Below, in pieces: positions 26,595 through 38,677 of a stretch of 64,000 nucleotides of DNA. The notes beneath the pieces were generated by a model that was not told where the DNA came from, made no database searches, and was given only the letters and a program-made list of their open reading frames with translations. The position numbers were made by a program, and so were the translations under genes. The DNA lies in assembly GCA_026026165.1 (NCBI GenBank), contig JAPEUD010000063.1, positions 62,001 to 126,000 on the forward strand, written 5' to 3'. Position 1 is the first letter of the stretch. Each line of letters begins with the position of its first letter. The DNA comes from Sarea resinae. Taxonomy: Eukaryota.

Positions 26595-27737
26595 CTAGAA
26601 GTCGTCTTCGATGCCTTGTTCGCGCTCCACGCGTTTCCGGTCCCGGTTCATGGCCCACCACCATCTGTGCGTCCCGTCTCCGCTTTCTGCTGGAGGTTGC
26701 GCTGACGCTGGCGCTAGCTGTGACCCTGGGTGCGCCTCCTCTTCCGACGCGCCGGTGGCTTTGCTGGCGTCGTCTTTGTCCACCTCGTCCCACGGCTTCG
26801 GACTCAGGATATAGTGCACGTTGCGCACCTCGTCGTCGCGCCAGATGACGTCGTGCACGCCCTGCCGCCGCATCGTCTTGAGCGCGTTGTAGACGTACGG
26901 CAGCGCGACCCAGCGGCCGGGGAACAGGTCCGAGAGCAGCGACTGGTCGGCGAACTCGTACGAGGCCGTCGACGCCGGCGACGACAGCGACGTCGTGATC
27001 CGCTCGTATGTCTGGCGCGACGGGTTGACGACCTGCAGGCCGCCGTTGGGCATGCCGAGGCCGGCGGTCGGCGGCGGCGCCGTCTCGCACGCCGTTGTTG
27101 GGGTGGCGTGGAGGGTTGTGTGCGCGCAGTTGGCTGGGATCCAGTCGGCTGGGTAGTGCGGTTTGGAGAGCGGGTTGCACACGCAGGCGTGGCAGGCGGC
27201 GAAGACGCGGGTGCCCGTGCCGCCGAGCTCGGGCCCGTCCAGCTCCAGCTCCATCAGCTCGTCCATGTTGCGCAGGACGAGCATGTCGCTGTCGAGCTGC
27301 ACCACGCGCTCGTACTCGACCAGGCCGAAGGGCGTCAGCTTCGACCAGCAGTCGTAGAAGCGCGGGTCGTTGGCGAAGTCCTTGGGCGCGGAGGGGAGGA
27401 GGTACGGGATTTCTTTCGTGGGGATCCCGCGCGCGTGCAGGGCCCGCAGGCCCGAGGCCGGGAAGGTCGAGGTGTAGAGGGCGAGGAGAGGGTAGGCGGT
27501 GTGCGAGGCGCGCAGGGAATGGGAGAGGGTCAGGAGGCCCGGGAGGTAGTCCAGGTTCGTTATCAGGGTGGTCCAGACTGTGGGAGGGTCAGTCAGTTTG
27601 CTTTTGGAGGAGAAGGGGAGGGAGAGGGAGAGGAGGGGGATTCTACCGCGTTGGGAATTGACGACGGGGGTTGGGTCTGGGTTCGCGGCTGAGACATTGG
27701 AGGTGGTGGGCTCGCTGGATTGAGTGGCAGCGGCCAT
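26595..27737 (-). CDS. Glycosyltransferase family 8 protein
   Basis: WTTLITNLDYLPG, WSKL, DxD motif LDSD, NGG, ADQSLL, YN, HY..KPW. Likely start ATG 27737 with an in-frame pyrimidine-rich intron at about 27646-27578. Confidence 0.9.
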   Translation of the reverse strand: MAAATQSSEPTTSNVSAANPDPTPVVNSQRGRIPLLSLSLPFSSKSKLTDPPTVWTTLITNLDYLPGLLTLSHSLRASHTAYPLLALYTSTFPASGLRALHARGIPTKEIPYLLPSAPKDFANDPRFYDCWSKLTPFGLVEYERVVQLDSDMLVLRNMDELMELELDGPELGGTGTRVFAACHACVCNPLSKPHYPADWIPANCAHTTLHATPTTACETAPPPTAGLGMPNGGLQVVNPSRQTYERITTSLSSPASTASYEFADQSLLSDLFPGRWVALPYVYNALKTMRRQGVHDVIWRDDEVRNVHYILSPKPWDEVDKDDASKATGASEEEAHPGSQLAPASAQPPAESGDGTHRWWWAMNRDRKRVEREQGIEDDF

Positions 27738-28279
27738 GTTGCGCGCGCTGGCTGGCTGTGGGTCTTTGGTGGAGAGGAGTAGAGTGCGTGGTGGTGATGA
27801 GCGCAAGTGTGGTGGTTGAGTCAAACGCAGCGCTTGTTTACTCTGGATGCGCTTCCTCGGTGGGGTCCGGGCACGAATGATGATGCGATGAGTGAGCGAG
27901 TCGGGTATACTTTCTGCCGCTACCAGTGTACTACAGTACTCCGTATTCAATGCATTCAATGCATGATGGTGGACGACTCGAGGAGACATCCAGTTACTTC
28001 AGCCACGCTGGGCATTGATATGTTCCATGAATCCACATCTACATTAGGGATGCTGCACTTTCATCCATCCCAGGGATTTCTCCATACCTCTCTATACGGT
28101 CTTGCTCGGAGACATTGCGATCAAGGGACACTTCAACTCTGTATCTCCTAGCCCTGGCGACTTATCAGATCTGATAGCGTGCGCGATCCTGCATCCGAGA
28201 CGTCATCCATGGCTGCAATATCTTCTGCCTCTGCCGTCTTACAAATCCAACCATCCCCGGCCATCCACCGCTACCGCCA

Positions 28280-29479
28280 ATGTCGGCCACGCTGGACAAT
28301 GACCGCGCCAGCAATCCTGCCGCCGTAGGGGGGACAGAGGTCGACCGCAGCAATGGCTCGAAAAACCAGAAGAAAAACTACAAGGGCTTCGTTGGGGGCG
28401 TCTTCTCTGGAATGGCGAAGCTGAGCGGTAAGCTCGAAAGACGACTCTTTTGATCAAGAGGGAAGCTAATTGAAAGCAGTGGGCCATCCGTACGCAGAGT
28501 GATTGAACCGGATGGTGGAATGTTCATGCTGATGATTGTCAGATTCGACACCATCAAAGTACGACTGCAAACGTCAAATCATGCTCGATTCCGAGGTCCA
28601 TTCGACTGCCTACTACAGACACTACGCAAGGAAGGATTCAAGGGGCTGTATAAAGGCGCTACGCCTCCTCTTGTAGGATGGATGTTCATGGATTCTGTGT
28701 ACGTGGGACCTTTCACTCGGAGGATTGCGAGATGCTGATTGCAATAGGATGCTCGGCTCCCTCACATTCTACCGGCGGATCCTAAACGAGAAAGTGTTTA
28801 CGGCAAACGCACATGGAGGTCGAGAGATCAAGTCGGCCAACGAAGGGTTCCTCTACGAGCTTCCTCCCGTAGGCCATGGCATTGCTGGTATAATGGCCGG
28901 CTGGACGGTCAGTTTCATCGCGGCACCCGTCGAGCACATCAAGGCACGGCTCCAGATTCAGTATGCCGTCGACAAGTCGAAGAGGCTGTATAGTGGGCCA
29001 ATTGATTGTGCCAAGAAGATCGTAAGCTCTTGAATCCGAAGCCAGTTACGTTTGGATCTTGCTGATGGATTCAGCTCAACGGACACGGCCTTCCTGGCCT
29101 CTATCACGGCCTCAGCGCCACTCTTCTCTTCCGCACATTCTTCTTCTGCTGGTGGGGCTCCTACGACATCTTCACCCGATTGCTGTCGGACAAAACGTCC
29201 CTCTCGGCCCCGGCGATCAATTTCTGGGCCGGCGGTCTCTCGGCGCAAATCTTTTGGATCACGAGCTACCCATCGGACGTCGTGAAACAGCGCATCATGA
29301 CGGATTCATTGGGGCCCGATCGCAAATTTCCCCGGTGGAAGGACGCCGCTCAAGCTGTCTGGCGAGAGTCGGGACCGCGGGGTTACTGGAGAGGCTTCGT
29401 GCCGTGCTTCTTGCGAGCGTTTCCTGCCAATGCGATGGCTTTGGTTGCATTTGAGGGCGTCATGCGAGCGTTGCCATGA
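28280..29479 (+). CDS. Mitochondrial carrier protein (carnitine/ornithine-carrier-like)
   Basis: Three signature repeats: PFDTIKVRLQ, PVEHIKARLQ, PSDVVKQRIM. Four introns, including a 10-nt microexon at 28480-28489. Confidence 0.92.
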
Positions 29480-29876
29480 GTGATTCTGTCATCACAATAG
29501 ACTAGACTCGGGGATTGTTGTAATTGTAACATTTGAGGGCGTCGCGATGTAGGAATCTTACTAGCAAGTCAAGCATGAACCCGTCGGGAGGAAGATCCGA
29601 GTACTGCAGCAGCGTCGGCAATCTAGCCGGCGGTTAGTGCAGGTGTGCTCGCTGAGGCGCATGAACTGGACGTCATTGTTTGTTGTGGCTCGATACATAC
29701 CCCGCAGTCGCATCTAGACCCTTCAAGACCGACCCACACCTTTCTCGTGAGATCGCGAAGAAATATTAATAATGGTCCTTCAACCGCACGACTACTACTA
29801 TCGTCGTTTTCGAATCAATTTACTCTGGAGTACACTCCTGCCAAAGAACAATACCCTTTTCAACCCAATTGTACAT

Positions 29877-29905
29877 CCACCACCACCACCACCACCACCA
29901 CCACC
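29877..29905 (+). repeat. (CCA)n microsatellite abutting the start codon of the Zn-dehydrogenase
   Basis: Perfect CCA/CAC run directly before ATG 29906. Confidence 0.9.
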
Positions 29906-31374
29906 ATGGCATCCACTATGCGCGCCGTCAACTACGACGGCCCTAACAAAGTCAGCATCAAAGACGTGCCCATCCCCACGATCGAGCATCCCGACGATGC
30001 AATCATACGAGTCACGACAGCAGCTATATGTGGGAGTGATCTGCACATGTATCAGGGACGCACGGCGGCAGAGGCGGGCCTGACCTTTGGCCACGAAAAC
30101 ATGGGCATCGTCGAGTCCGTCGGCGCTGGCGTCAGCCTGATCAAGAAGGGCGATCGCGTCGTCATGCCGTTCAACGTCGCCGACGGCCGCTGCCGCAACT
30201 GCGAGGAGGGCCGCACCGCCTACTGCACCGGCGTCAATCCCGGATTTGCCGGCGGCGCTTATGGATACGTCGCCATGGGGCCTTACAGAGGAGGGCAGGT
30301 ATGGGTTCCTTGTTGCCATGTTGATGTCTTGGAGCGGAGGTTGACGCTTTGCTTTGCCTAGGCCCAATACGTGCGCGTGCCGTACGCCGACTTCAACGCC
30401 CTGACGCTGCCGCCGGGAACCGAGCACGAGGCCGACTTTGCGCTACTGGCGGATATCTTCCCGACAGGCTGGCATGGGCTCGAGCTCGCGGGATTTCGAC
30501 CAGGCATGCTTGTCACCTAAGAAGACCAGTCACATATATGTCTAACATATGAGGGATAGGAGAAAGCGTGGCAGTCTGGGGTGCGGGCCCTGTAGGCCTC
30601 ATGTCTGCCTACAGCGCTGTCATTCGTGGAGCTAGTAATATCTACGTCGTCGACCGCGTGCCGGAGCGGTTGGCGGCGGCAAAGAAGATGGGCGCCACGC
30701 CCATTGACTTCACCGCGAGCGACCCCGTCGAGCAGATCATCGAATTGAATGGCGGCATGGTCGACCGTGCCGTCGATGCCGTCGGATACCAGGCCGTCGA
30801 CTCGTCTGGCAGCACCGAGAAACCCAACGTCGTGCTCGACGCCCTGATTCGCGTCACCAGACCCACCGGCGGCCTGGGCATCCCGGGTCTATACGTGCCT
30901 GCCGATCCGGGCGCCCCCGATGCGAACTCGAGAGAAGGCAATATTCTGATTCCGTTTGGAAAGTTGTTCGAAAAGGTATGTCATGATATGATTCCTTTAC
31001 GAAACTATACATGAAGTGCCCCCATGTCACACTTTGGTTTGGCATTTCCCCTTCCTCCCTCCACCTTATGGGTATGTCCTGTAGTAGTATGGAAGAAGAA
31101 AAGAAAAGGAGAGAACTAGGAGAAAAGGAAAGATTGCAATTTGCTGAAAATCCGCCACTCCAACCAACAGGGCTTGACGCTCGGCACCGGCCAATGCAAC
31201 GTCAAGGCTTACAACCGCTATCTCCGCGACCTCATCATCGCCGGCCGCGCCAAGCCGAGTTTCGTCGTGTCGCACGAGATCGGCATCGAGGATGCACCGG
31301 CGGCGTACGAGAAGTTCGACAAGCGCGTCGAAGGGTATACGAAGGTGTTGATCCATCCGAATGGACCGCTGTGA
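29906..31374 (+). CDS. Zn-dependent MDR dehydrogenase, glutathione-independent formaldehyde dehydrogenase-like
   Basis: Motifs ICGSDLH, GHE, DGRCRNC..C, GGQAQYVRVPYAD, ADIFPTGW, GAGPVG, DAVG, GQC. Three introns. Confidence 0.9.
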
Positions 31375-31599
31375 GATGGAGATGGAGATGGAGATGGAGG
31401 AAGAAACCTATGCCATCTAGCTACCTCGGTCCTCTATGACCGTCTTTCCTGTAGTATATAGTAACTGCAAGTGTACTGATTACCTGGTCCTCTTCGATCC
31501 ACTTTGAAGGGTAAAATATCAAGAGTACAATAGTGTTGGTAGGAGGAGGAGTCACTTGACCTGTTTGCTCCTTGGTTGCAGATAGGAGTAACCATGTCA

Positions 31600-32010
31600 A
31601 GATCAGATAACAATACTAATTCAACAACTACCTGTTCTTGAATTAAATAGAAGGCAGCAAATAACTGCCTCTAGGGCAGCGTTAGTTCTAAGACTCTCTA
31701 GCTAAGATCTCTAGGTCTAGGTTAGGCTAAGTATAGAAAGTGCTTAAGGCTTGATAGGTAAGTAGTGTTAGAAGAAACTCTCTAGATGAAAAGAGTGTAG
31801 TGTCTTCTTCTTCTCTCTATATCTCTAGTTCGTTTCTCTAGGTATTCTTGCTATAGCTCTCTAACAAGATAAACAACTATAGTATTAATATTGTTTAATA
31901 CAACAGATCTATAGGTTATAAACAGCGTAAGAAGGCACACTTATAATTCTATACCTACAAGCATAGTAGGCAAACAACGACTTATAATAACAGTTACTCT
32001 GTATAAGGAG
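31600..32010. other. AT/TpA-rich decayed sequence, RIP-like
   Basis: Dense TAG/CTA/TATA, few CpA/TpG, no ORF. Sharp compositional contrast with flanking genes (judged by eye). Confidence 0.6.
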
Positions 32011-33399
32011 AAGCGGCAGCGGGCCCCACGGTCGCGCCACTTACAATTCCCCCAGCAGCTAGCCATCAAAGCGGCCCTCTATCTACCCGCCTGCAGGTGT
32101 GTAAAGGGCCTATAAGGCCCCCTTATCTGTAGCCCGCTAGCAGGACAGGCAGAGCACGGGGACGAAGCAGCACGACCACGAGACTGGATGCGTATGGCGT
32201 TGACGTACGATTGCCTCCTTGAGAAGATCTGGGCCATGGTGATTCTGCCACGTACGAACGGACGAACGTGACAGGGGCGCTAGGGAGGAGGGCAAAGAGG
32301 GCGAAGGATTAGGCTAGAGCATAGAAGACTGCTGTCGGATCTCTTGATACGTCGAGTATAGGGTTAACTTGCTAAGCGTCCGCAACTGTTTCCGTACCAA
32401 CACCATCTTTAGATTCCGATGTTTTGTTCTTTAAGCTTTAAGTACCTGATAGCTTGGATCCGATGTTTTCGGATGCTTTTAGGATAGTGCTATACTCCCT
32501 GATAATCCGCGTTTTTAAAATTGTGATCTCAGAATCTAAAGGGTTAGCCTAGAGCATCTTTGCGCGTGCCTTGTGATCGTCCGCGCCGAGACCACACTTG
32601 GCACAGGCTATGTCCGTGATTTCTCAAAGGCGCGCCTTAAGAGTCAAGCTCGTCTGACAATAGCAGGTATATTTAACAATAAGATAAACAAGAGAGAGTA
32701 GAAAGAGATTAACAGAGACAAGGGGTGAAACGATGGCCGAATATGCTATTTCCAGTGGCAATATTTTCGACGTGATCGAAGAAGACATCTAGATATTCAA
32801 ACTGCATGAGCTACCTGTTCCTAGTGCCTAGTATAGAGGAAACAACTTACAGTTCACTCGCTTTAACAGAAAGACCTGTTCTATCTTCGCAGTGATAGGA
32901 GAGAGATGATGCTCTCTGGGAGACTCGTTGTCGAGATTCCAGCCCTTAGGCATGATATGTTTGAGGATTGATTGAACAATCTCAGTGGGTAGAAAGGAGA
33001 AAGGCATGAGAAAGACTTGATGTAAACGTGGCCACTGCTAGACAGGACCGTTGAAACAGGCTAGATATGTGGATTGACTGGTCAAGGAAACCAAGAGCCA
33101 CTGAGAGGGAATTCCAAAACTCCGCAGAGGTCTGCTCGTGATCCAGGGGCCGTCACTTTTGCTAGGGTGATAGCATCATCGGGTACGGATTCAATGAAGA
33201 GAGAGTGAGTGAGCGAGAGAGAGCGATAGCAAGGTAGACTGCCTAGACCGATCAAGGCAGAGGATAAGTCCCTGAACAATTCCTTAGCGCTCTCATAAGG
33301 CCTCTGTACTCTGCTTGTTTGCGGATTCGGGGTGCCAGGAAACCAAAGGGGTGATGGGAAATATCAGGGATCACCAGTGGGCCCAGCGATCGGGCTGTG

Positions 33400-34350
33400 A
33401 ACCAGGTGGTTTCATTCATCTAGATGACGGGAAATATCCACCTTCGAGTCACTATTCGAACGAGAGAGTGAAAGCGGCCCCCCAACCTGTCGACCTCCGA
33501 TATCCGCCGTGGGGGCGTCCTCTCTCCTATTCAACAATATCGAGAGAATGTTCTCGAGATTCTTTGGTTCGACCTTCCTGTACGCAGACTGGAAATCGAG
33601 CATTCCAGTCCTCGACTGGTATGCTGAGAATGTGTGATGACCTGGTCTATGGCCCATCATAAAGTCTCTGTTTTCTGCGCTCGTTGCCGCATCTAACGTG
33701 TAAGAAACTTCTTTCCTCCAAGCATATCCGGTGAGCCGATCTCTCAAGCCACACGCGTATCGTAATCCTGAAATCTCTTGTGAGACTTGTCCCAAACTCT
33801 GGACTATCGGACACGAGGTGGTCTGTGTTCATCTTCGGAGAACTGATTTTTTCAGCATCGACGGCCGCGCTTGAATCAACCTACCTGATTTTGCTCCTTT
33901 CGACCTTTTCGGATCTTGCTAAGATCTGATCTCGTTCTCGAACACTCTATCTATCAGGGCTAATGTAAATAGCAGGCGACGAACTGTCACCGGCTGCAGA
34001 TTTTGTTGATAATAAAGACAAGACAATCTGTTTGAATTCTCTCTCGCGCTTCAGTATAGGTATCCAGTATTTAAAGAGATAAGTATTAGCTTTTACTAAA
34101 TATAACAAACCTAGATTAAATAGAGTTGTAGTAAGGTTCTAAACAATACTCGTAGAAGCTAACACACTAATATCAGATCTATAATAATCACGAGATTTTA
34201 GCACATCCTCATTCTTGTATTCCTTCTTACAGACATTCCGCATCATGCCGAGTCTGTGAATGGCCGTGCTGAAACGCTCAGCTTGGCGTATATTGATAAG
34301 GCTACTTACTGCGGTGGCGCTGGCTGCAGTCGGCACAGTTCCTTCCACTG
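33400..34350 (-). pseudogene. Fragmented DUF3435-like tyrosine recombinase (Starship captain-like)
   Basis: Collinear fragments in different frames: TAIHRLG...EYKNEDVLKSRD (about 34265-34190), LLFTLALIDRVFENEIRS* (about 33980-33920), and CGLRDRLTGYAWRK...RDFMMGH...TFSAYQSR...DFQSAY...LNRREDAP (33755-33510). The order matches the RPG / LALA.D..F / YxxRR / MGH / catalytic Y / RDPRAP pattern recalled for DUF3435. Stops and frameshifts are present. Confidence 0.7.
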
Positions 34351-35618
34351 ACTGGCAGCTCCAGTCGCTTGCGCACCTCTCTGTCGTCTTCTTCGTAGAC
34401 GGGCCTGACGTAGACGTCTAAGACCACTGGACCAGATAATCTGATGGTCCCAAACCCATGGACCTTTTGGACCGTCTAGATCTTTTAATTTTAAGCTTCT
34501 AAATCATGTCGGATTCGCCCCTCGGATGCTCCTTTATAGTTGGTGATTTATCCCACATCGCGTATCTATCCGCGGTTTCCCTTTGAAGAGTAAGATATCC
34601 GAGAAAACTGGTTTTCACTGAAGAGGAATACATATAGAAATGCCTGATAGAAAAGGCTTGGCCGTCTCAAAAGTCCAGATAGTCCAAGCAGTCGGTTCAG
34701 GACCCTTGGACCAGATCACCGAGGAGCGTCCTGAGAGATGATCAAGTCCTCTGATACCATTAGCGGAGATTCGTTAGGGCTTTGGCGCACGCCCGTGATG
34801 AGTGTTGGTTTCCTCGGTGGGCCAAGAGGTGTCTGGTGCGATGGCTTCGTCTTCTATAAGGCGGTTGACCAGACCGTTTGGGACATTTGGACCACTGGAC
34901 CATCGACAGCACTGCATAAGGTACATGGCGGCAACGGTTCTTGGAAACAAGCGATACGCAAGCAATATGAGCTGGGTGAAAGTAGATTGAATTTAGAATA
35001 GGAATTGATAGAAATCCTTGGTATCATATATAGAGAGGAAAGATTCTGGGAGCGGGCCTCGCTGGTTAAGTAGTGAATTTTGGCTGATTGCACTAGCAGT
35101 GAATGTGTCTGTGTGCACAAACTACCCGGTAAGTGCCCATTACCTACAGGCAAACACACGGGTGCGCGGGGTAATAAGAAAGCAGTGAATGTGATGGGAT
35201 CCGCTCGCAAAACCACGTTTGACAGGAAGCTTCCAATGCTGCCATCTAGGTCCGAGCATGTCAACCAACCCAGAAGAAGATGACAGGGAAATTCTCTTAG
35301 ATCCGCAACATATGGAGATAGGTGCTTTGGTATCCGGGAAGGCACCCGCATAAGGAATATACGCGAGCGAAAACGGATACAAAGTTCGCTTTCGTGCCAT
35401 GCGCCTCAGCCCCTGTCCTCCCCTCAACAGACTCCAATCCCAGCGCTTTCATTGCCAGCCGGGACACAGAGACAAGAACAGCATTATGGGGTTCCGACCG
35501 TAGACTAGGCGGTCCATATCATATCCCACATGATCCACCGTCGCAGTTTTGCTCTTGTTGATCTCGAACTGTAGGGAGCAGCAGTAGATAGTCATCAAGC
35601 ACACGCACGCCCCCGCGC

Positions 35619-36622
35619 TCACTGACTCAAGCCACGCCATTGCGCAAACCACCTCCCAAACCACGCGACGGCCTGGTCCTCAGCCTCGTGGCCCTGCTTA
35701 TTTTGCTTCTCATCGGTCGGATCGCCACGGATGCAAAATCCGTGTTTTGCGCCGTCATAGACCACGACCTCGGTCTCGACCTCGACTTTCTTCGACAGCA
35801 CCGTCTGCATGATCGCCAGGTTCTCCTTTCCAAGCGCCATATCCTCGGGCCCGACGGCGACGCTGAGCGGCAGCTTCACGAGCTCCATGTCCTCGGGCAG
35901 CTTGAGCTGAGACGGGTGGCCTGTGAACCCGGCGTCGATGAGCGAGAGGCCGTTGGCGGCCTTGACGCTGTCGCGCGTGAGCAGCGCGACGTGTTTGCCG
36001 CCCCAGCAGAACCCGGCGGCGCCGACTGGGAGGGCCGAGGCTTCGTTCTCGCGCAGCGCGCTGAGGAAGGCGACGACGCGGGGGTGGCTGATCGAGGTGC
36101 GAGTACGGATGAGAGAGGGTAGCGCGTGGTACAAGGTTACCGGGAGGTAGTAGCTGAGAGCGCAGGATCGAGCGTTAGTGTCTGGTATCCCAGCATGGAC
36201 GGGGTGCCAGCGGAGCGGTAGGACGTACATTTTCATGATATTGGCCCACAGGCCCGCGTCCATCAGCTTTTCCATCATCGGCTGCACGTGTGCAGAGCAA
36301 GCGTGTCCTATGGAAAGCATTACAAGTAAGCTTCCGCATCATGTAAACCGTGCACTATTCATAGGAATAAGAGGAACCTACCATCCATGAAATCCGGCAG
36401 ATAGACGCGGAAGTTGCCCTTGCGAGCGTACTCATCGGCCAGACATCTCGAGTTGGGCGTCTCCCAGCCGAATAGATCGGGGATGACAACGACGATGCCC
36501 TTGAGAGGGGAATCGGCGGATGGAGGCTCGGCGACGTAGGTGTTGAGACCGTGCAGACGCGTCGTGGAGCCCTTGGGCGTGCCGGAATGCAGCGTGCCCG
36601 AGAAGCAGTCTCTGCAAGACAT
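35619..36622 (-). CDS. Dienelactone hydrolase family protein
   Basis: MSCRDCFSG start, PDLFGW, LADEYA, YLPDFMDG, nucleophile GFCWGG, HPS, HGFCIRG. At least two introns. Confidence 0.9.
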
Positions 36623-37091
36623 GGTGGCTCTGTCGTGATCAATGCTATCCCCAGTATGCCGAGTATCTCGAAGCGATATCTTGTTCGTCTTTTGGTCTTT
36701 AGGCAATTGAGAGGGGAGAAAAGAAGTAAATGCTTCTGGGAGGAACAGCCAACAAGGGCGGGCGGGCTTGAGTTGGAATTTAAGGTTGGACCTTGACTGT
36801 AAGTAGGTACACATTCCCCGTACACACCGCCCGCGTGGCAGAGGCGGGACGGTGTCACAATTCCGCCGGTGGAGGAACGGGTTCCCCGCTGAGCAATCTC
36901 CTCCCCCCGGACTTCTCCGCTCCAGCAGGGTACGAGGTTTTGTTTCCTCGCGCGGCCCAGTAGGATTTCACCACTATCCGTCAGCTTGTTATCATCAATT
37001 GATTGAGGTGACTAGTTGCTGATCATGAGGATGATTATTGAGTGATTATTAAGTCTACTATGCACTATAGATGTGCCCGCAAAGGGGCTCG

Positions 37092-38677
37092 TCATTTGTT
37101 AAACCACGGATGTTGGAGTAGCTCTTCTGCGGACGGTCGCTGCGACGGCTCAAATTGCAGAATGGAGCGAATCAATTCCGTGATAACCTTTGCCTCTTCA
37201 GTGTCGATGTCATCGGGTTTATTCTGTTCAAAGAGCACCTCGAGGGAATCATTGACCCATTTCGGCTTGAAGTCGTCGTCCTTGTCTTCACCGGTATCAT
37301 TTTCGTCACCACCCTCTTCTTTTCCCTCCTCTGTATCGGCGCCTGATCCGACAGAATCTACATCACTCATGTCACTATCCGGAACAGTATCTCCATCTTT
37401 CTCATCCCTCTTCACAACATTCTCGTCTACTTTGGGGTTTAAAGGCAGCGGAGGAATGATACGTTCTCGATTCGGTCCAAAGTAGTGATGAGAGCGCGGC
37501 CATTTCGACATCCATGCATCGGGCAGTGGCTCGAGAATATCGTTCAAATCCTGCAGATGGCCGTCATCCGCCTCATCCTTCTCGTCATCGCCCATGCACC
37601 AAACCATAAACAGCGGTTGTCCGACCAAGAACTCATATATCAGACAGCCAAAACTCCAAATGTCGATGCTTGGGCCAGAAGGGGTCTCGTCGAATATCAA
37701 TTCAGGGGCCCGCAAGCCTAGTGGGGTCACTGTTGACTTGGGGGGCTTGTCGGACCAGAATGCTGCAATGATATTAATGTCACTAGCAGGCAATGCATAA
37801 CGTCATGGACTCACCAGCTCCTAGATCTGAGATTTTGATGAATAGATTGGGTCCAAGTTCGGCGTAGTCATGAAGTTTTTGGTCCACCGCGAGGTATCGA
37901 GGACCCCACTTGTCTTCCTTCCCGTCGCGACGGTGAATATGGTCGATGGTTTTAGGATCTTCTTGTCGTAAGGCTTTCTCATCAACAGATTGGAAACTGG
38001 GGTTGGTAGAGGATAGTAAATTTCCAGGCTGGAAGTCGCCGTGGGTCACGTTATTCTTGTGAAGAAAGGCCAATCCAGATAGCGCATGTTTCAAGATCTT
38101 CTTGGCCATCAACTTTGGATACTGACGATTATAACGGTCATTCTTATGGCAGGCTAATTCCTCCACCATGGAATTCACCGTCGAGGCCATTGGTTCAAAC
38201 ACGATACAGCGATGTGTTCCGTTCGGCCCAATATGCTCAAACGTGTCCAGAGGCATGAGGATGTGCTTGGAGAAAGAATCGTGAGGCGCCTGATGGGCGA
38301 GGACATCGTACATCGAAAGCTCTGTGGTAGCAGCGGCTGATGACTTGGCCATCATGACCTTCAAGGCCACATAGCGCGAATTCCTAGTACAAGGGGAACA
38401 GCGTTTTGTCAGATGGGTTCATCTCTCATAGTCATTTGGGAAAAGAGCGAACATACTGGCTGTCGACTGCAAGCCAGACAGTAGAGAACGAGCCGTCGCC
38501 GAGCTTCCTGATGACCCGATATTGCCCGGCCTTGAACGTGTCACCGAAATGAATCGGATGATACCTACCAGGTCGATACATCTCAGCCCATTCGCAAGCA
38601 GTACCGGTCACAATAAACCTCCATTCCTTCCGCGATGATGGCAAGGTTGGAGGTGGGGTGGGCGGAGGAGAGGACAT
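37092..38677 (-). CDS. SRPK/Sky1-like serine-threonine protein kinase (fungal expanded subfamily)
   Basis: YRPGRYHP, KLGDGSFSTVWLA, VALK, GPNGTH, HGDFQPGN, SDLG, LRAPE, DIWSFGC, RPSAEELLQHPW. Two introns and an acidic insert. Confidence 0.88.

Noticed and set aside
26730..27692. 320-aa + strand ORF
   Set aside because: Antisense to the high-GC3 GT8 gene; stop-poor frames are expected there.
27738..27989. N-terminal extension of the 464-aa GT8 ORF
   Set aside because: Reads like promoter/UTR sequence; ATG 27737 has a better context.
17247..31374. Extending the biosynthetic cluster or Starship cargo over the NmrA-to-dehydrogenase genes
   Set aside because: These look like ordinary intron-rich conserved genes (homeobox TF, GT8, carrier), separated from the cluster by decayed DNA. 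No element termini were found.
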